Assembly (NCBI GenBank): GCA_024277095.1 | Contig: JAJRVX010000314.1 | Coordinates: 1-24,000 of the forward strand | Direction of reading: 5' to 3' | Source: Chloroflexota bacterium | GTDB lineage: Bacteria > Chloroflexota > Anaerolineae > DUEN01 | DNA: 24,000 nt | Shown here: in pieces, positions 14,908-23,354 of the stretch | How positions within the stretch are numbered: position 1 is the stretch's first letter | Layout: every line of letters starts with the position of its first letter | Notes under the pieces: model-generated | What the model was told of the DNA's origin: nothing | The model's database searches: none | What the model saw: the letters and a program-made list of their open reading frames with translations, nothing else | Translations under genes and position numbers: made by a program

Positions 14908-15888
14908 TCAGCGCAGCTCCCCGATATCCAGCTCCACCTGTTCCAGGATGTCTTCGATGATCTGTACGGCCGTCCGGCCTCGCAGCGCGCTCTCGGGGTG
15001 GACGATGCAGCGATGTGCCAGGGTCAGGGGGGCCAGCTCTTTCACGTCATCGGGCAGCACGAAATCGCGGCCGCGTATGGCCGCCAGGGCCTGGCTGCCG
15101 CGGAACAGCCCCAGGCTCCCGCGCGGGCTGGCTCCTAGAGCCAGGTCGGGGTGATGGCGCGTGGCCTGTACCAGCCGTACGATGTAGTCGCGCACGGTGT
15201 CGTCCACGTGAACGTCCCAGATCCGCTGAGCCAGGTCCGGGACGCGATCCCCGTCTACTACTGACTCCAGTCGCTCGATGGGATGCTGACGCCGCAGGTT
15301 GAGGAGCATGAGGGATTCCTCCTCTGCGTCCAGATAGCCCAGGCTGAGCTTCAGCAGGAAACGGTCGAGCTGTGCCTCGGGCAAGGGGAAGGTGCCCTCG
15401 TACTCGATGGGATTCTGGGTGGCCAGGACGAGGAAAGGGCGTTTCAGAGGATAGGTGATCCCGTCCACGGTGACCTGGCGCTCGCCCATGCACTCCAGGA
15501 GGGCGGCCTGCGTGCGGGGGGTCGCGCGATTGATCTCGTCGGCCAGGAGGACATTAGAAAATACCGGCCCGGGGCGAAACTCGAATTCGCGGGTCTTCTC
15601 ATTGAAGACGGAGACGCCGATCACGTCGCTGGGCAGCAGGTCCGGGGTGCACTGGAGCCGCCTGGCCGTCACCCCCAGGGAGGCGGCGATAGCCCGCGCC
15701 AGCATGGTTTTGCCGACGCCCGGGACGTCCTCCAGTAGCACGTGGCCCTCGCACAGCAAGGCCACGACGATGTACTCGATTGTGCGCCGCTTGCCGACGA
15801 TCACCCGTTCGACGTTCTCGATCACCCGCGCCGCGAAATCTTGGATCTCTTGCACGCTCTGCCCCCAACGCTCGTCTTGTGAGGGCAT
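14908..15888 (-). CDS. MoxR-like AAA+ ATPase
   Basis: Walker A LEDVPGVGKT, Walker B VLLADEINRA, and ATQNPIEYEGTFPLPEAQLDRF. I chose the ATG at 15888 (MPSQDERW...). The tracked ORF extends to a GTG at 15924 with no SD, so either start is possible. Confidence 0.9.
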   Translation of the reverse strand: MPSQDERWGQSVQEIQDFAARVIENVERVIVGKRRTIEYIVVALLCEGHVLLEDVPGVGKTMLARAIAASLGVTARRLQCTPDLLPSDVIGVSVFNEKTREFEFRPGPVFSNVLLADEINRATPRTQAALLECMGERQVTVDGITYPLKRPFLVLATQNPIEYEGTFPLPEAQLDRFLLKLSLGYLDAEEESLMLLNLRRQHPIERLESVVDGDRVPDLAQRIWDVHVDDTVRDYIVRLVQATRHHPDLALGASPRGSLGLFRGSQALAAIRGRDFVLPDDVKELAPLTLAHRCIVHPESALRGRTAVQIIEDILEQVELDIGELR

Positions 15889-15945
15889 TGTACCGCCGAT
15901 GGTATGGTTTGACAAGGAGGGCACGATTTTTGTTGCCGATACGTA

Positions 15946-15974
15946 TTGTAATCACGCGAGAAGTATGCTATAAT
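15946..15974 (+). promoter_or_regulatory. Promoter candidate for the methyltransferase gene (TTGTAA-17 nt-TATAAT)
   Basis: TTGTAA at 15946-15951, a 17-nt spacer and TATAAT at 15969-15974, in the lower-GC divergent intergenic region. A minus-strand TACAAT (15950-15945) could serve the MoxR operon. Confidence 0.45.
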
Positions 15975-16072
15975 AGGTATGTCATGAGAGGGTGGGCGGC
16001 GCTAATCGCCGCCTTCTTGTATGGGCTGCGAAACACACCACGCGATGTTTCACGTAAAACATTTGGGGTGGC

Positions 16073-17002
16073 ATGACGGGCGACACCTCGCAAGTAGCCA
16101 TCTGTGACTATGAGGGTAGCCGATATCGCGCCGAGTTCTGGGAGGGAAAGGGGCGCGAGTTCGAGGACCGGGCAGAGCGGATCGCCCTGCGGAGCCTTTT
16201 GCCCTCTACCGGCCGACGTCTGGTGGAGATCGGCGCTGGCTTCGGTCGTCTGGCTGACCTCTATCTCCCCTCGTTTGAGCAGGTGATCCTGCTGGATTAC
16301 TCCCGATCCCTCTTGCTAGAGGCTCGCGAGCACCTGGGCGGCGATCCTCGCGTCACCTTCGTCGCCGCCAACATCTATCAGATGCCCTTGTGCGCTGGCG
16401 CGGTGGATACTGCCGTGATGGTCCGCGTGGCTCATCATCTGGTGGATATCCCCCTGGCGATGCAGGAGATCGGCCGTGTCCTGTGTGCTGGAGGGACCCT
16501 GGTGATGGAGTACGCGAACAAGCGGCACCTGAAGGCCATCCTTCGCTATCTGATGGGCCGCCAGCGCTGGAGCCCCTTTGCCCGCGAGCCGTACGAGTTC
16601 GTCGAGCTCAATTTCGATTTCCATCCCGCCTGGATGGAGGAGCGACTGCGCGCGGCCGGCTTTCGGATCGAGCGTCAGCGGGCGGTATCCCATCTGCGCG
16701 TCGGGTGGCTAAAGCGCCTGGTGCCGGGGACCGCGCTGGCGAGGGTCGATGGCTGGCTGCAGCGCCCGGGAGCGGTGCTGAAGCTCGCCCCCAGCGTCTT
16801 CGTGCAGGCCAGACGTCTGGGACGACCGCCTGACGGATTGCCGGATGCCTTCTTCCGTTGCCCCGTCTGTGGTGCGGAACCTTTGTCCCCTAGCCCGGAG
16901 GGCGTTCCCTGTCCTTCCTGCGGCCGTGTCTGGCCCCTGCGGGATGGGATTTACGATTTCAAGACGCCCGGAGAAAATGATTCGGGGAACGGCGGTGATT
17001 AA
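16073..17002 (+). CDS. Class I SAM-dependent methyltransferase with a C-terminal Trm112-like zinc-ribbon
   Basis: SAM motif I is RLVEIGAGFGRLAD, with a post-I acidic residue in ILLDYS. The C-terminus FRCPVCGAEPL...VPCPSCGRVWPLRDGIYDF is a CxxC...CxxC ribbon. Confidence 0.8.
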   Translation: MTGDTSQVAICDYEGSRYRAEFWEGKGREFEDRAERIALRSLLPSTGRRLVEIGAGFGRLADLYLPSFEQVILLDYSRSLLLEAREHLGGDPRVTFVAANIYQMPLCAGAVDTAVMVRVAHHLVDIPLAMQEIGRVLCAGGTLVMEYANKRHLKAILRYLMGRQRWSPFAREPYEFVELNFDFHPAWMEERLRAAGFRIERQRAVSHLRVGWLKRLVPGTALARVDGWLQRPGAVLKLAPSVFVQARRLGRPPDGLPDAFFRCPVCGAEPLSPSPEGVPCPSCGRVWPLRDGIYDFKTPGENDSGNGGD

Positions 17003-17072
17003 TCTAGGTTTAATGTGCCCATGCTAGTGTGTGCTATTGTTAAGCATCGTGGGCTCATGGAGGTAAGCGGGC

Positions 17073-17984
17073 ATGATCGAGGTGGAGGACCTCACCAAGG
17101 TCTATGGTGACTTCGCTGCCATCCAGGGGGTCACCTTTCGGGTGGAGCGCGGCGAGGTGCTGGGTTTCCTGGGGCCCAATGGCGCCGGGAAGACGACGAC
17201 CATGCGGATCCTGACTGGCTTCATGCCGCCCACCGCCGGCCGCGTTCGAGTCGCCGGATATGACGTCTTCGAGAACTCCCTGGAGGCCCGGCGACGCATC
17301 GGCTACTTGCCGGAGAGCGTGCCTCTCTACCCGGAAATGACCGTGGTCAGTTACCTGAGCTTCATCGCATCCGTGCGCCGGGTTCCTGATCGCCAGGAGG
17401 CGGTTGAGCGGGTCATGGAGAAGCTGGGGCTGGATGATCATGCGGATGTGATCATCGGAAAGCTGTCCAAGGGGTATCGCCAGCGGGTTGGCTTGGCCCA
17501 GGCGCTGGTCCACGACCCCGATGTGATCGTCTTGGACGAGCCGACCATCGGGCTTGATCCCAAGCAGATCATCGAGGTCCGCGAGCTGATCCGCAGCCTG
17601 GGAGGGGATCACACCGTGATCTTGAGCACCCACATCCTGCCCGAGGTCAGCCAGGTATGCAGCCGCGTCCTGATCATCAACGAGGGGGAGATCGTGGCCG
17701 AGGACACGCCCGAACGATTGACGGCTCGCCTGAAGGGCGGGGAGCGGATTTTCGTTCACCTGGCGGATGGCGCGGCCGGCGTAGAGGAGGCGCTGGGCGC
17801 CATCGATGGGGTGCAGGAGGTGGCCCGCGTGGGGGATGGAAAGTACGAGGTCACCTGTGCCCTGGGGCGGGACGTGCGTCCCATCTTGGCGCGTACGCTG
17901 GTGGAACGCGGTTGGGATCTGCTCGAGCTGCGTCCCATCGGCATGAGCCTGGAGGAGGTCTTCCTGAAGCTCACGACCGAATAG
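17073..17984 (+). CDS. ABC transporter ATP-binding protein (ABC-2 / GldA-like subfamily)
   Basis: Walker A GPNGAGKTT, signature LSKGYRQR, Walker B VIVLDEPT and the H-loop context ILSTHIL. SD GGAGG lies 9 nt upstream. Confidence 0.9.
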   Translation: MIEVEDLTKVYGDFAAIQGVTFRVERGEVLGFLGPNGAGKTTTMRILTGFMPPTAGRVRVAGYDVFENSLEARRRIGYLPESVPLYPEMTVVSYLSFIASVRRVPDRQEAVERVMEKLGLDDHADVIIGKLSKGYRQRVGLAQALVHDPDVIVLDEPTIGLDPKQIIEVRELIRSLGGDHTVILSTHILPEVSQVCSRVLIINEGEIVAEDTPERLTARLKGGERIFVHLADGAAGVEEALGAIDGVQEVARVGDGKYEVTCALGRDVRPILARTLVERGWDLLELRPIGMSLEEVFLKLTTE

Positions 17985-18041
17985 ACATAGAACCCCCATG
18001 CCCGCGCACTCAACCTTACAAACGGAGGTGACGAGGGCCCT

Positions 18042-18764
18042 ATGCGGAACGCACTCATCATCGCCCGACGGGAGCTCGGGGCCTATTTCGCTTCGCCGAT
18101 CGCCTACGTCGTCATCGCAGCCTACCTCGTCGTCATGGGGATTCTGTTCTCCCTGATCGTGGCGGGGCGGCCGGGGGCTGAGGCCTCTCTCCGGTTCGTG
18201 TTCGGCAACATGTTCAGCGCGATCATCCTGATCATCGTCGGTCCACTGCTGACCATGCGGCTGCTGGCTGAGGAGCAGCGATCGGGCACCATCGAGCTGC
18301 TCCTTACCTCGCCGATACGGGATTGGGAGGTGGTGCTGGGGAAGTATCTGGCCGGTTGCGTGGTCTTCCTCGCCATGCTGATCCCCACGCTCGTTTACCC
18401 GCTGCTCATCGAGCGCTTCGGGAACCCCGACCATGGCATGTTCGTCACTACTTATGTGGGCGTGACCCTGCTGGGGATGGCTATCCTTGCCCTGGGGCTG
18501 CTGACGTCGGCTGTAACCCAAAATCAGATCGTGGCGGCTTTCTTGGGGTTGGGATTGATCCTGGTCCTGACCTTCACGCAATTCCTGGCCACGGTGGTCA
18601 GCGGGCCGCTGGCCGATGTGCTGACGTATCTGGGGTTGTTCAGCCATTTCTTCGACTTCCTGCGGGGTATCATCGACACGCGTGACGTGGTCTACTATCT
18701 CAGCGTGACCATAGGAGCGCTCTTCCTGACGACGCAGATCTTGGGGACGAGGAGGTGGCGCTGA
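18042..18764 (+). CDS. ABC-2 type transporter permease (GldF-like)
   Basis: 240-aa hydrophobic protein with about 6 predicted membrane segments, immediately after the ATPase. SD GGAGGTGA is upstream. Confidence 0.8.
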   Translation: MRNALIIARRELGAYFASPIAYVVIAAYLVVMGILFSLIVAGRPGAEASLRFVFGNMFSAIILIIVGPLLTMRLLAEEQRSGTIELLLTSPIRDWEVVLGKYLAGCVVFLAMLIPTLVYPLLIERFGNPDHGMFVTTYVGVTLLGMAILALGLLTSAVTQNQIVAAFLGLGLILVLTFTQFLATVVSGPLADVLTYLGLFSHFFDFLRGIIDTRDVVYYLSVTIGALFLTTQILGTRRWR

Positions 18765-20320
18765 TGATGGACTCATTGCGGCGAGGCGCCCCTTATCTGG
18801 CCGGTGTTGGGATCGTGGCTATCCTGTTGTCCATTGCGGCACGAGTCCTGGGCAGTGATCCTCCATGGCTGCCCGAGGCTCTCCTGAGTCTTGGGGTTGT
18901 GCTGGTCATCAGCTTCGCGCTCCTGCGGCCGCGCGAGGTGGTGGCTGCGCTTACCGGTCGCCGGGCGCGCTACGGCGGGAACGCTTTGTTGCTTAGCGTT
19001 GCCTTCCTGGGAATTCTGACCACGGTCAACATTCTCTCCGATCGTCACCATAAGCGATTCGATCTGACGGAGAGCAAGCAGTATACCCTGTCCCAGGAGA
19101 CGATCCAGATCTTGCAATCGCTGGAGAGACCGGTCAAGGTGACGGGGTTCTTCACCCCTGGTGATCCCCGTCAGACCGATGTAGAAGATCTGCTGAAGGA
19201 GTACGCGTACCACAGCGACCAGTTCACCTATGAGTTCGTTGACCCGGAGCAGCGTCCCGGTGAGGCACGTCGATTAGGCGTAACCAGCTATGGCGTTCTG
19301 GTGTTTCAATCAGGGGATAAGCGACAACAGACGTTCGGATTGGATGAGGAGGATCTGACCAGCGCGCTGCTGAAGGTGTCTCGTGATGAGCAGAAGGTGG
19401 TCTACTTCACTACTGGACATAAAGAGCGCAACCCAGAGGGCTTTCAATCGGCCGACTACGGGAATGTCGGGCGGATCCTGGGGATGGATAACTATAACGT
19501 CGAGCTCTTGAACCTGGCTACCATCACAGACACCATCCCCGCTGATGCCGCGGCGATCGTTGTGGCATCGCCGCAGATCCCTTTCTCCCCGGACGAGATC
19601 TCCTTGCTGGATAAGTGGCTGGAGGAGGGAGGTCGACTGATGATCCTGGCCGACCCCCCGGCGCGGCGGGGCGAAGAAGATCCCATGGCTGCGTTTTCGG
19701 AGATGCTGAAGAAGTGGGGGGTTCGCCTGCGTGACGATCTGGTGTTGGACCCGGCCAGCGCCTTCTTCGGCGATGCCGCGTCTCCTCTGGTGACCCGCTA
19801 TCGGTTCTCAACGATCACCAAGGATCTGGGGGGGCTGACCTCTTTCTTCCCTCTGGCCCGCTCCATTGAGCAGGTCACCCCAGAGCTGCCGGAAGAGGAT
19901 CTCGTCGTTACGCCGCTGATCGAGACCAGCAGGGATAGTTGGGGGGAGACGAATCTGACGGAGCAGCAGGCACGCTACGACGAGGGCGAGGATACCCGTG
20001 GGCCCTTGGTCCTGGCCATTACGGTGGAGTATCGGGAACGGGGAAGTCGGCTGGTCGTGTTCGGTGATTCCGATTTCGCTTCTAACGCCATTCTGAACAG
20101 CGTGCGAGGGGCTTTCGGCAACGCGGATCTGTTCCGGAACAGCGTGAATTGGCTGGCGGAGGAGGAGGCGTTGATCGCCATCGGCCCCAAGCCGCCTGAT
20201 ATCCGGACGATGCAACCGCTGACACCAGCTCAGCAGAAGCTAATCTTCTACGGAACGGTGGTTTTCCTGCCGCTGATCGTACTGGCGTTGGGCGGCGCGG
20301 TCTGGTGGGAGCGGCGATGA
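18764..20320 (+). CDS. GldG-like ABC transporter auxiliary component
   Basis: N-terminal membrane segments, then RHHKRFDLTESKQYTLSQETIQILQSLERPVKVTGFF, which is GldG / ABC_transp_aux-like. There is a C-terminal anchor (LIFYGTVVFLPLIVLALGGAVWW). I chose the ATG at 18764, which overlaps the permease TGA by 1 nt, with GGAGG 8 nt upstream. Confidence 0.8.
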   Translation: MMDSLRRGAPYLAGVGIVAILLSIAARVLGSDPPWLPEALLSLGVVLVISFALLRPREVVAALTGRRARYGGNALLLSVAFLGILTTVNILSDRHHKRFDLTESKQYTLSQETIQILQSLERPVKVTGFFTPGDPRQTDVEDLLKEYAYHSDQFTYEFVDPEQRPGEARRLGVTSYGVLVFQSGDKRQQTFGLDEEDLTSALLKVSRDEQKVVYFTTGHKERNPEGFQSADYGNVGRILGMDNYNVELLNLATITDTIPADAAAIVVASPQIPFSPDEISLLDKWLEEGGRLMILADPPARRGEEDPMAAFSEMLKKWGVRLRDDLVLDPASAFFGDAASPLVTRYRFSTITKDLGGLTSFFPLARSIEQVTPELPEEDLVVTPLIETSRDSWGETNLTEQQARYDEGEDTRGPLVLAITVEYRERGSRLVVFGDSDFASNAILNSVRGAFGNADLFRNSVNWLAEEEALIAIGPKPPDIRTMQPLTPAQQKLIFYGTVVFLPLIVLALGGAVWWERR

Positions 20321-20387
20321 GTCCGGCGGCTCCCCGGGAGGCTATCGGATCCTTGCTTGATCGCACGGGTTGTCATGGGTGGTCATT

Positions 20388-21005
20388 ATGCGATTCCGCA
20401 ACACGCTACTGGTCGTGGTGATCTTCGTTGCTTTGGGAGGATATACCTATTTTTTCGAGATGAAACGAGAAAATGGGGCTGGGGATGTGACTCCCGAGCC
20501 AACGGCCACGTTCGTATGGGAGCTTGATCCGACGGATGTGGTACAATTGGATGTCATAGGACCCGATGGGCGTACGCGTTTGGTGCGCGGGGAGGGGGCT
20601 TCCTGGTCCCTGGCGGATCCGGAGACGGGGGCTGAGGAGCCGGCGGACGATATTCGGGTCAATCGGGTGGTCAATTTGTTAGCTCGCTTGCAGGCCCGGC
20701 GCGTTTTTACGGGTACTATAGAGTTGTCAGAGTACGGTTTGGATGATCCCGCGTGGCGGGCTGAAGTCAGGCTGCGAGATGGGGGGCAGGAGACGCTCTG
20801 GTGGGGAGACCAGACCCCTCAACGGTCTGCGTATTATGTTAAGAAAAACGAGGAGGGTAAGGTCTATGTTGTGGATGCGTTCACCATAGAGGACATGGAG
20901 CGGTTGGTACGCGAGCCGGCTTATGCACCCACGCCCACTCCGACGGCGACGGCGACCCCGACAGGAGGCGAGGCGACGCCGACGCCGGCGGCTGGGCAGG
21001 AGTGA
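20388..21005 (+). CDS. DUF4340-like protein (N-terminal anchor, Thr/Pro-rich C-terminal tail)
   Basis: MRFRNTLLVVVIFVALGGYTYFFE forms the anchor. Position after a GldG-like gene is typical for DUF4340 (from memory). The tail is APTPTPTATATPTGGEATPTPAAGQE. A TTG at 20370 is an alternative start. Confidence 0.6.
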   Translation: MRFRNTLLVVVIFVALGGYTYFFEMKRENGAGDVTPEPTATFVWELDPTDVVQLDVIGPDGRTRLVRGEGASWSLADPETGAEEPADDIRVNRVVNLLARLQARRVFTGTIELSEYGLDDPAWRAEVRLRDGGQETLWWGDQTPQRSAYYVKKNEEGKVYVVDAFTIEDMERLVREPAYAPTPTPTATATPTGGEATPTPAAGQE

Positions 21006-21059
21006 TCTTTTTCGTGGCATGCTCGCGCGGGGTAGGGGGGTACCCGTCGACCACCGCTC

Positions 21060-22322
21060 ATGGTCGAGAGAGATGCCTGCATCCAAATGCCCAAAGCCAC
21101 AGGAAGGAGAAGGGGAGAGTTGCTGAGGACCAATGTTCGGGCTACACAGCGGAGGAGGGATTTCTCACCCTCGCCGGATACCCTGGCGATCATACAGCAT
21201 CTTCTCCACATCGGCCAGCAGCGGGGATATGTGACCTATGACGACGTTATGGACGCATTCCCCGAGATCGAATCGGATCTTGACGAGGCAGAGGAGGTTT
21301 TCGCTGCACTATACGAGAAGGGAATTCGAGTCGCCGCCACCGATCAGAGGGATCACGTGCCCCCTCCACCTATTGAACCCCAGGGGGATGCGCAGGCGGA
21401 GTCTGATTTAGGGGAGCTGGAAACGGACGATTCCGTCAGTTTGTACCTGCGGGAGATCGGCCGAGTGCCTCTTCTCACAGCGGAGGAGGAGGTGCAATTG
21501 GCCAAACGAATGGAGCGCGGGCGCGAGGCGCGCTGCCGCCTGGCTCAAGGGGTTAGCGACCCTGTCGAGCGTGAGCGCCTGCTGGCTCAGGTGCGAGACG
21601 GCGAGGCGGCCCAGCGGCATATGATCGAGGCCAACTCGCGGCTGGTGGTCAGCGTGGCGAAGAAGTACATGGGGCGGGGGGTCCCCTTTCTGGACCTGAT
21701 TCAAGAGGGGAACATCGGCCTCATTCGCGCGGTCAAGAAGTTCGATTACCACCGGGGATATAAGTTCAGCACATATGCCACCTGGTGGATTCGACAGGCG
21801 GTGACGCGTGCCATCGCGGATCAGGGGCGGACCATCCGCGTGCCGGTGCATATGCATGAGCAGATCAATCGCGTGCATCGGGTGAGCCGCGATCTGGCCC
21901 AGAAGCTGGGGCGCGATCCCACGGTGGAGGAGATCGCGGCCGAGCTGGAAGTGACCCCTGAGAGGGTAGAACAGGTCCTCAAAGTCTCCCAGCATCCGCT
22001 GAGCCTGGAGACCCCCGTAGGCGAGGAGGAGGATTCCTATCTGGGGGATTTCATCGAGGACGAGGAGGCCATTTCTCCCAGTGATGAGGCCAGCCGGCGC
22101 GTGCTCCGGGAGGCGATCGACGAGATCCTGGAGTCCCTGAGCCCGCGCGAGGTCCGGATCCTGCAGATGCGGTTTGGATTGGTGGACGGCTGCACGCACA
22201 CATTGGAGGAGGTGGGACGCAAGTTCGGTGTGACGCGGGAGCGCATTCGGCAGATCGAGGCGCACGCGTTGAGCCGGCTACGTCACCCCAGCCGCAGCCG
22301 TCGCCTGCGCGACTATCTGTGA
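21060..22322 (+). CDS. sigA: Primary (group 1) RNA polymerase sigma factor
   Basis: Region 1.2 [21 protein letters not shown], region 2 [40 protein letters not shown], region 3 IRVPVHM, and region 4.2 [29 protein letters not shown]. The start is uncertain: the TTG at 21120 has the best SD (GGAAGGAGAAGGGGAG), and ATGs at 21060 and 21087 lack an SD. Confidence 0.9.
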   Translation: MVERDACIQMPKATGRRRGELLRTNVRATQRRRDFSPSPDTLAIIQHLLHIGQQRGYVTYDDVMDAFPEIESDLDEAEEVFAALYEKGIRVAATDQRDHVPPPPIEPQGDAQAESDLGELETDDSVSLYLREIGRVPLLTAEEEVQLAKRMERGREARCRLAQGVSDPVERERLLAQVRDGEAAQRHMIEANSRLVVSVAKKYMGRGVPFLDLIQEGNIGLIRAVKKFDYHRGYKFSTYATWWIRQAVTRAIADQGRTIRVPVHMHEQINRVHRVSRDLAQKLGRDPTVEEIAAELEVTPERVEQVLKVSQHPLSLETPVGEEEDSYLGDFIEDEEAISPSDEASRRVLREAIDEILESLSPREVRILQMRFGLVDGCTHTLEEVGRKFGVTRERIRQIEAHALSRLRHPSRSRRLRDYL

Positions 22323-22460
22323 GATAATTCTCTCACACGGCCACCGACCTGCATCAGGCGGTGAGCGTATATAACAGGTGCACAAAGCGTCGCTTGGATC
22401 GTTTCGACGACCGAGACGGCGATATAGGAGACTGCGTTCGCGCGCGTGTTTTCTATCACG

Positions 22461-22490
22461 CCCCTCGGCCTGTCGAGGGGCGTTTTTCTT
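22461..22490 (+). terminator. Intrinsic terminator downstream of sigA, abutting the panB start region
   Basis: CCCCTCG (22461-22467), loop GCCTGT, CGAGGGG (22474-22480), then CGTTTTTCTT. Confidence 0.55.
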
Positions 22491-23354
22491 ATGGAGGGTC
22501 CTGTGAAAGGGAGAAAGGTCACTGTCCTGACGCTCCAAGAGAAGAAGCGCAGGGGAGAGCCGATCACCATGGTCACCGCATACGATTACCCCAGCGCGCT
22601 GGCCGTGGACCGGTCTGGGATCGATTGCATTCTGGTGGGGGACTCCCTGGCCATGGTCGTGTTGGGGCTTGAGTCGACGGTGTCTGTGACGATGGAGGAG
22701 ATGCTACATCATTGTCGGGCCGTACGGCGCGGGGCGCAGCGGGCGTTCCTCATCGGGGACATGCCTTTCCTCTCGTACCAGGCGGACCGAGCGGAGGCCG
22801 TGCGAAACGCTGGGCGTTTTCTGAAAGAGGCGGGGATGGACGCCGTGAAGCTGGAAGGGGGGCGCGAGATCGCCGAGACGGTACGCGCGATCAGCGACGC
22901 CGGAATCCCCGTCGTGGGACACATCGGGTTGACGCCGCAATCCGCCGGCAAGCTGGGAGGCTATCGGGTACAGGGGCGCACGGCCGCGGCGGCTCGCCGG
23001 CTGTTGGAGGACGCGAGGATCTTGCAGGAGTCGGGCGTGATCATGATCGTCCTGGAGATGGTGCCGGACCGCGTGGCGGAGCAGATCTCGCGCCGATTGG
23101 ATATCCCCACCATCGGCATCGGGGCGGGGCCGCACTGCGATGGCCAGGTGCTGGTCTTGCACGATCTGCTGGGGATGTTCGATCGGTTTACCCCTCGCTT
23201 CGTCAAGCGCTATGCTGATCTCTTGGGGGAGATGGAGCGGGCGTTGGCCGCGTATCGCGAGGACGTGCTCCATCGCCGGTTCCCGGCCGCGGAGCACACC
23301 TTCGCGATGGACGAGGCGGCGTGGCGGGAGTGGGCGCAGGAGCTCGAGCCGTGA
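22491..23354 (+). CDS. panB: 3-methyl-2-oxobutanoate hydroxymethyltransferase (ketopantoate hydroxymethyltransferase)
   Basis: ITMVTAYDYPSA, LVGDSLAMVVLG, AVKLEGG and VGHIGLTPQS. The start is either the ATG at 22491 or, more typical for PanB length, the GTG at 22503 preceded by GGAGGG. The tracked GTG at 22446 would make the terminator hairpin coding. Confidence 0.9.
   Translation: MEGPVKGRKVTVLTLQEKKRRGEPITMVTAYDYPSALAVDRSGIDCILVGDSLAMVVLGLESTVSVTMEEMLHHCRAVRRGAQRAFLIGDMPFLSYQADRAEAVRNAGRFLKEAGMDAVKLEGGREIAETVRAISDAGIPVVGHIGLTPQSAGKLGGYRVQGRTAAAARRLLEDARILQESGVIMIVLEMVPDRVAEQISRRLDIPTIGIGAGPHCDGQVLVLHDLLGMFDRFTPRFVKRYADLLGEMERALAAYREDVLHRRFPAAEHTFAMDEAAWREWAQELEP

Noticed and set aside
17055-18776. 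573-aa minus-strand ORF. Similar long antisense ORFs occur at 921-1694, 5601-6674, 12196-13113, 21408-22265 and 22704-23498.
   Set aside because: These are shadow ORFs opposite well-supported genes (ABC transporter, URO-D, GH127, DUF4129 protein, sigA, panB). Their translations are Arg/Pro/Gly/His-rich and low in complexity, as expected for stop-poor antisense frames in GC-rich DNA. They show no motifs and no SD sites.
20920-21000. ACG/CCG/GCG-rich repetitive DNA at the end of the DUF4340-like gene, considered as a tandem repeat element.
   Set aside because: It encodes a Thr/Pro/Ala-rich low-complexity linker (PTPTPTATATPTGGEATPTP) in frame. It is an imperfect codon-level repeat, not a discrete repeat element or CRISPR-like array.
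22446-22490. N-terminal extension of panB from the GTG at 22446 (MFSITPLGLSRGVFL).
   Set aside because: It would translate through a canonical terminator hairpin and T-tract. PanB homologs normally begin about 10-20 aa before the TAYD motif, which matches starts at 22491 or 22503.
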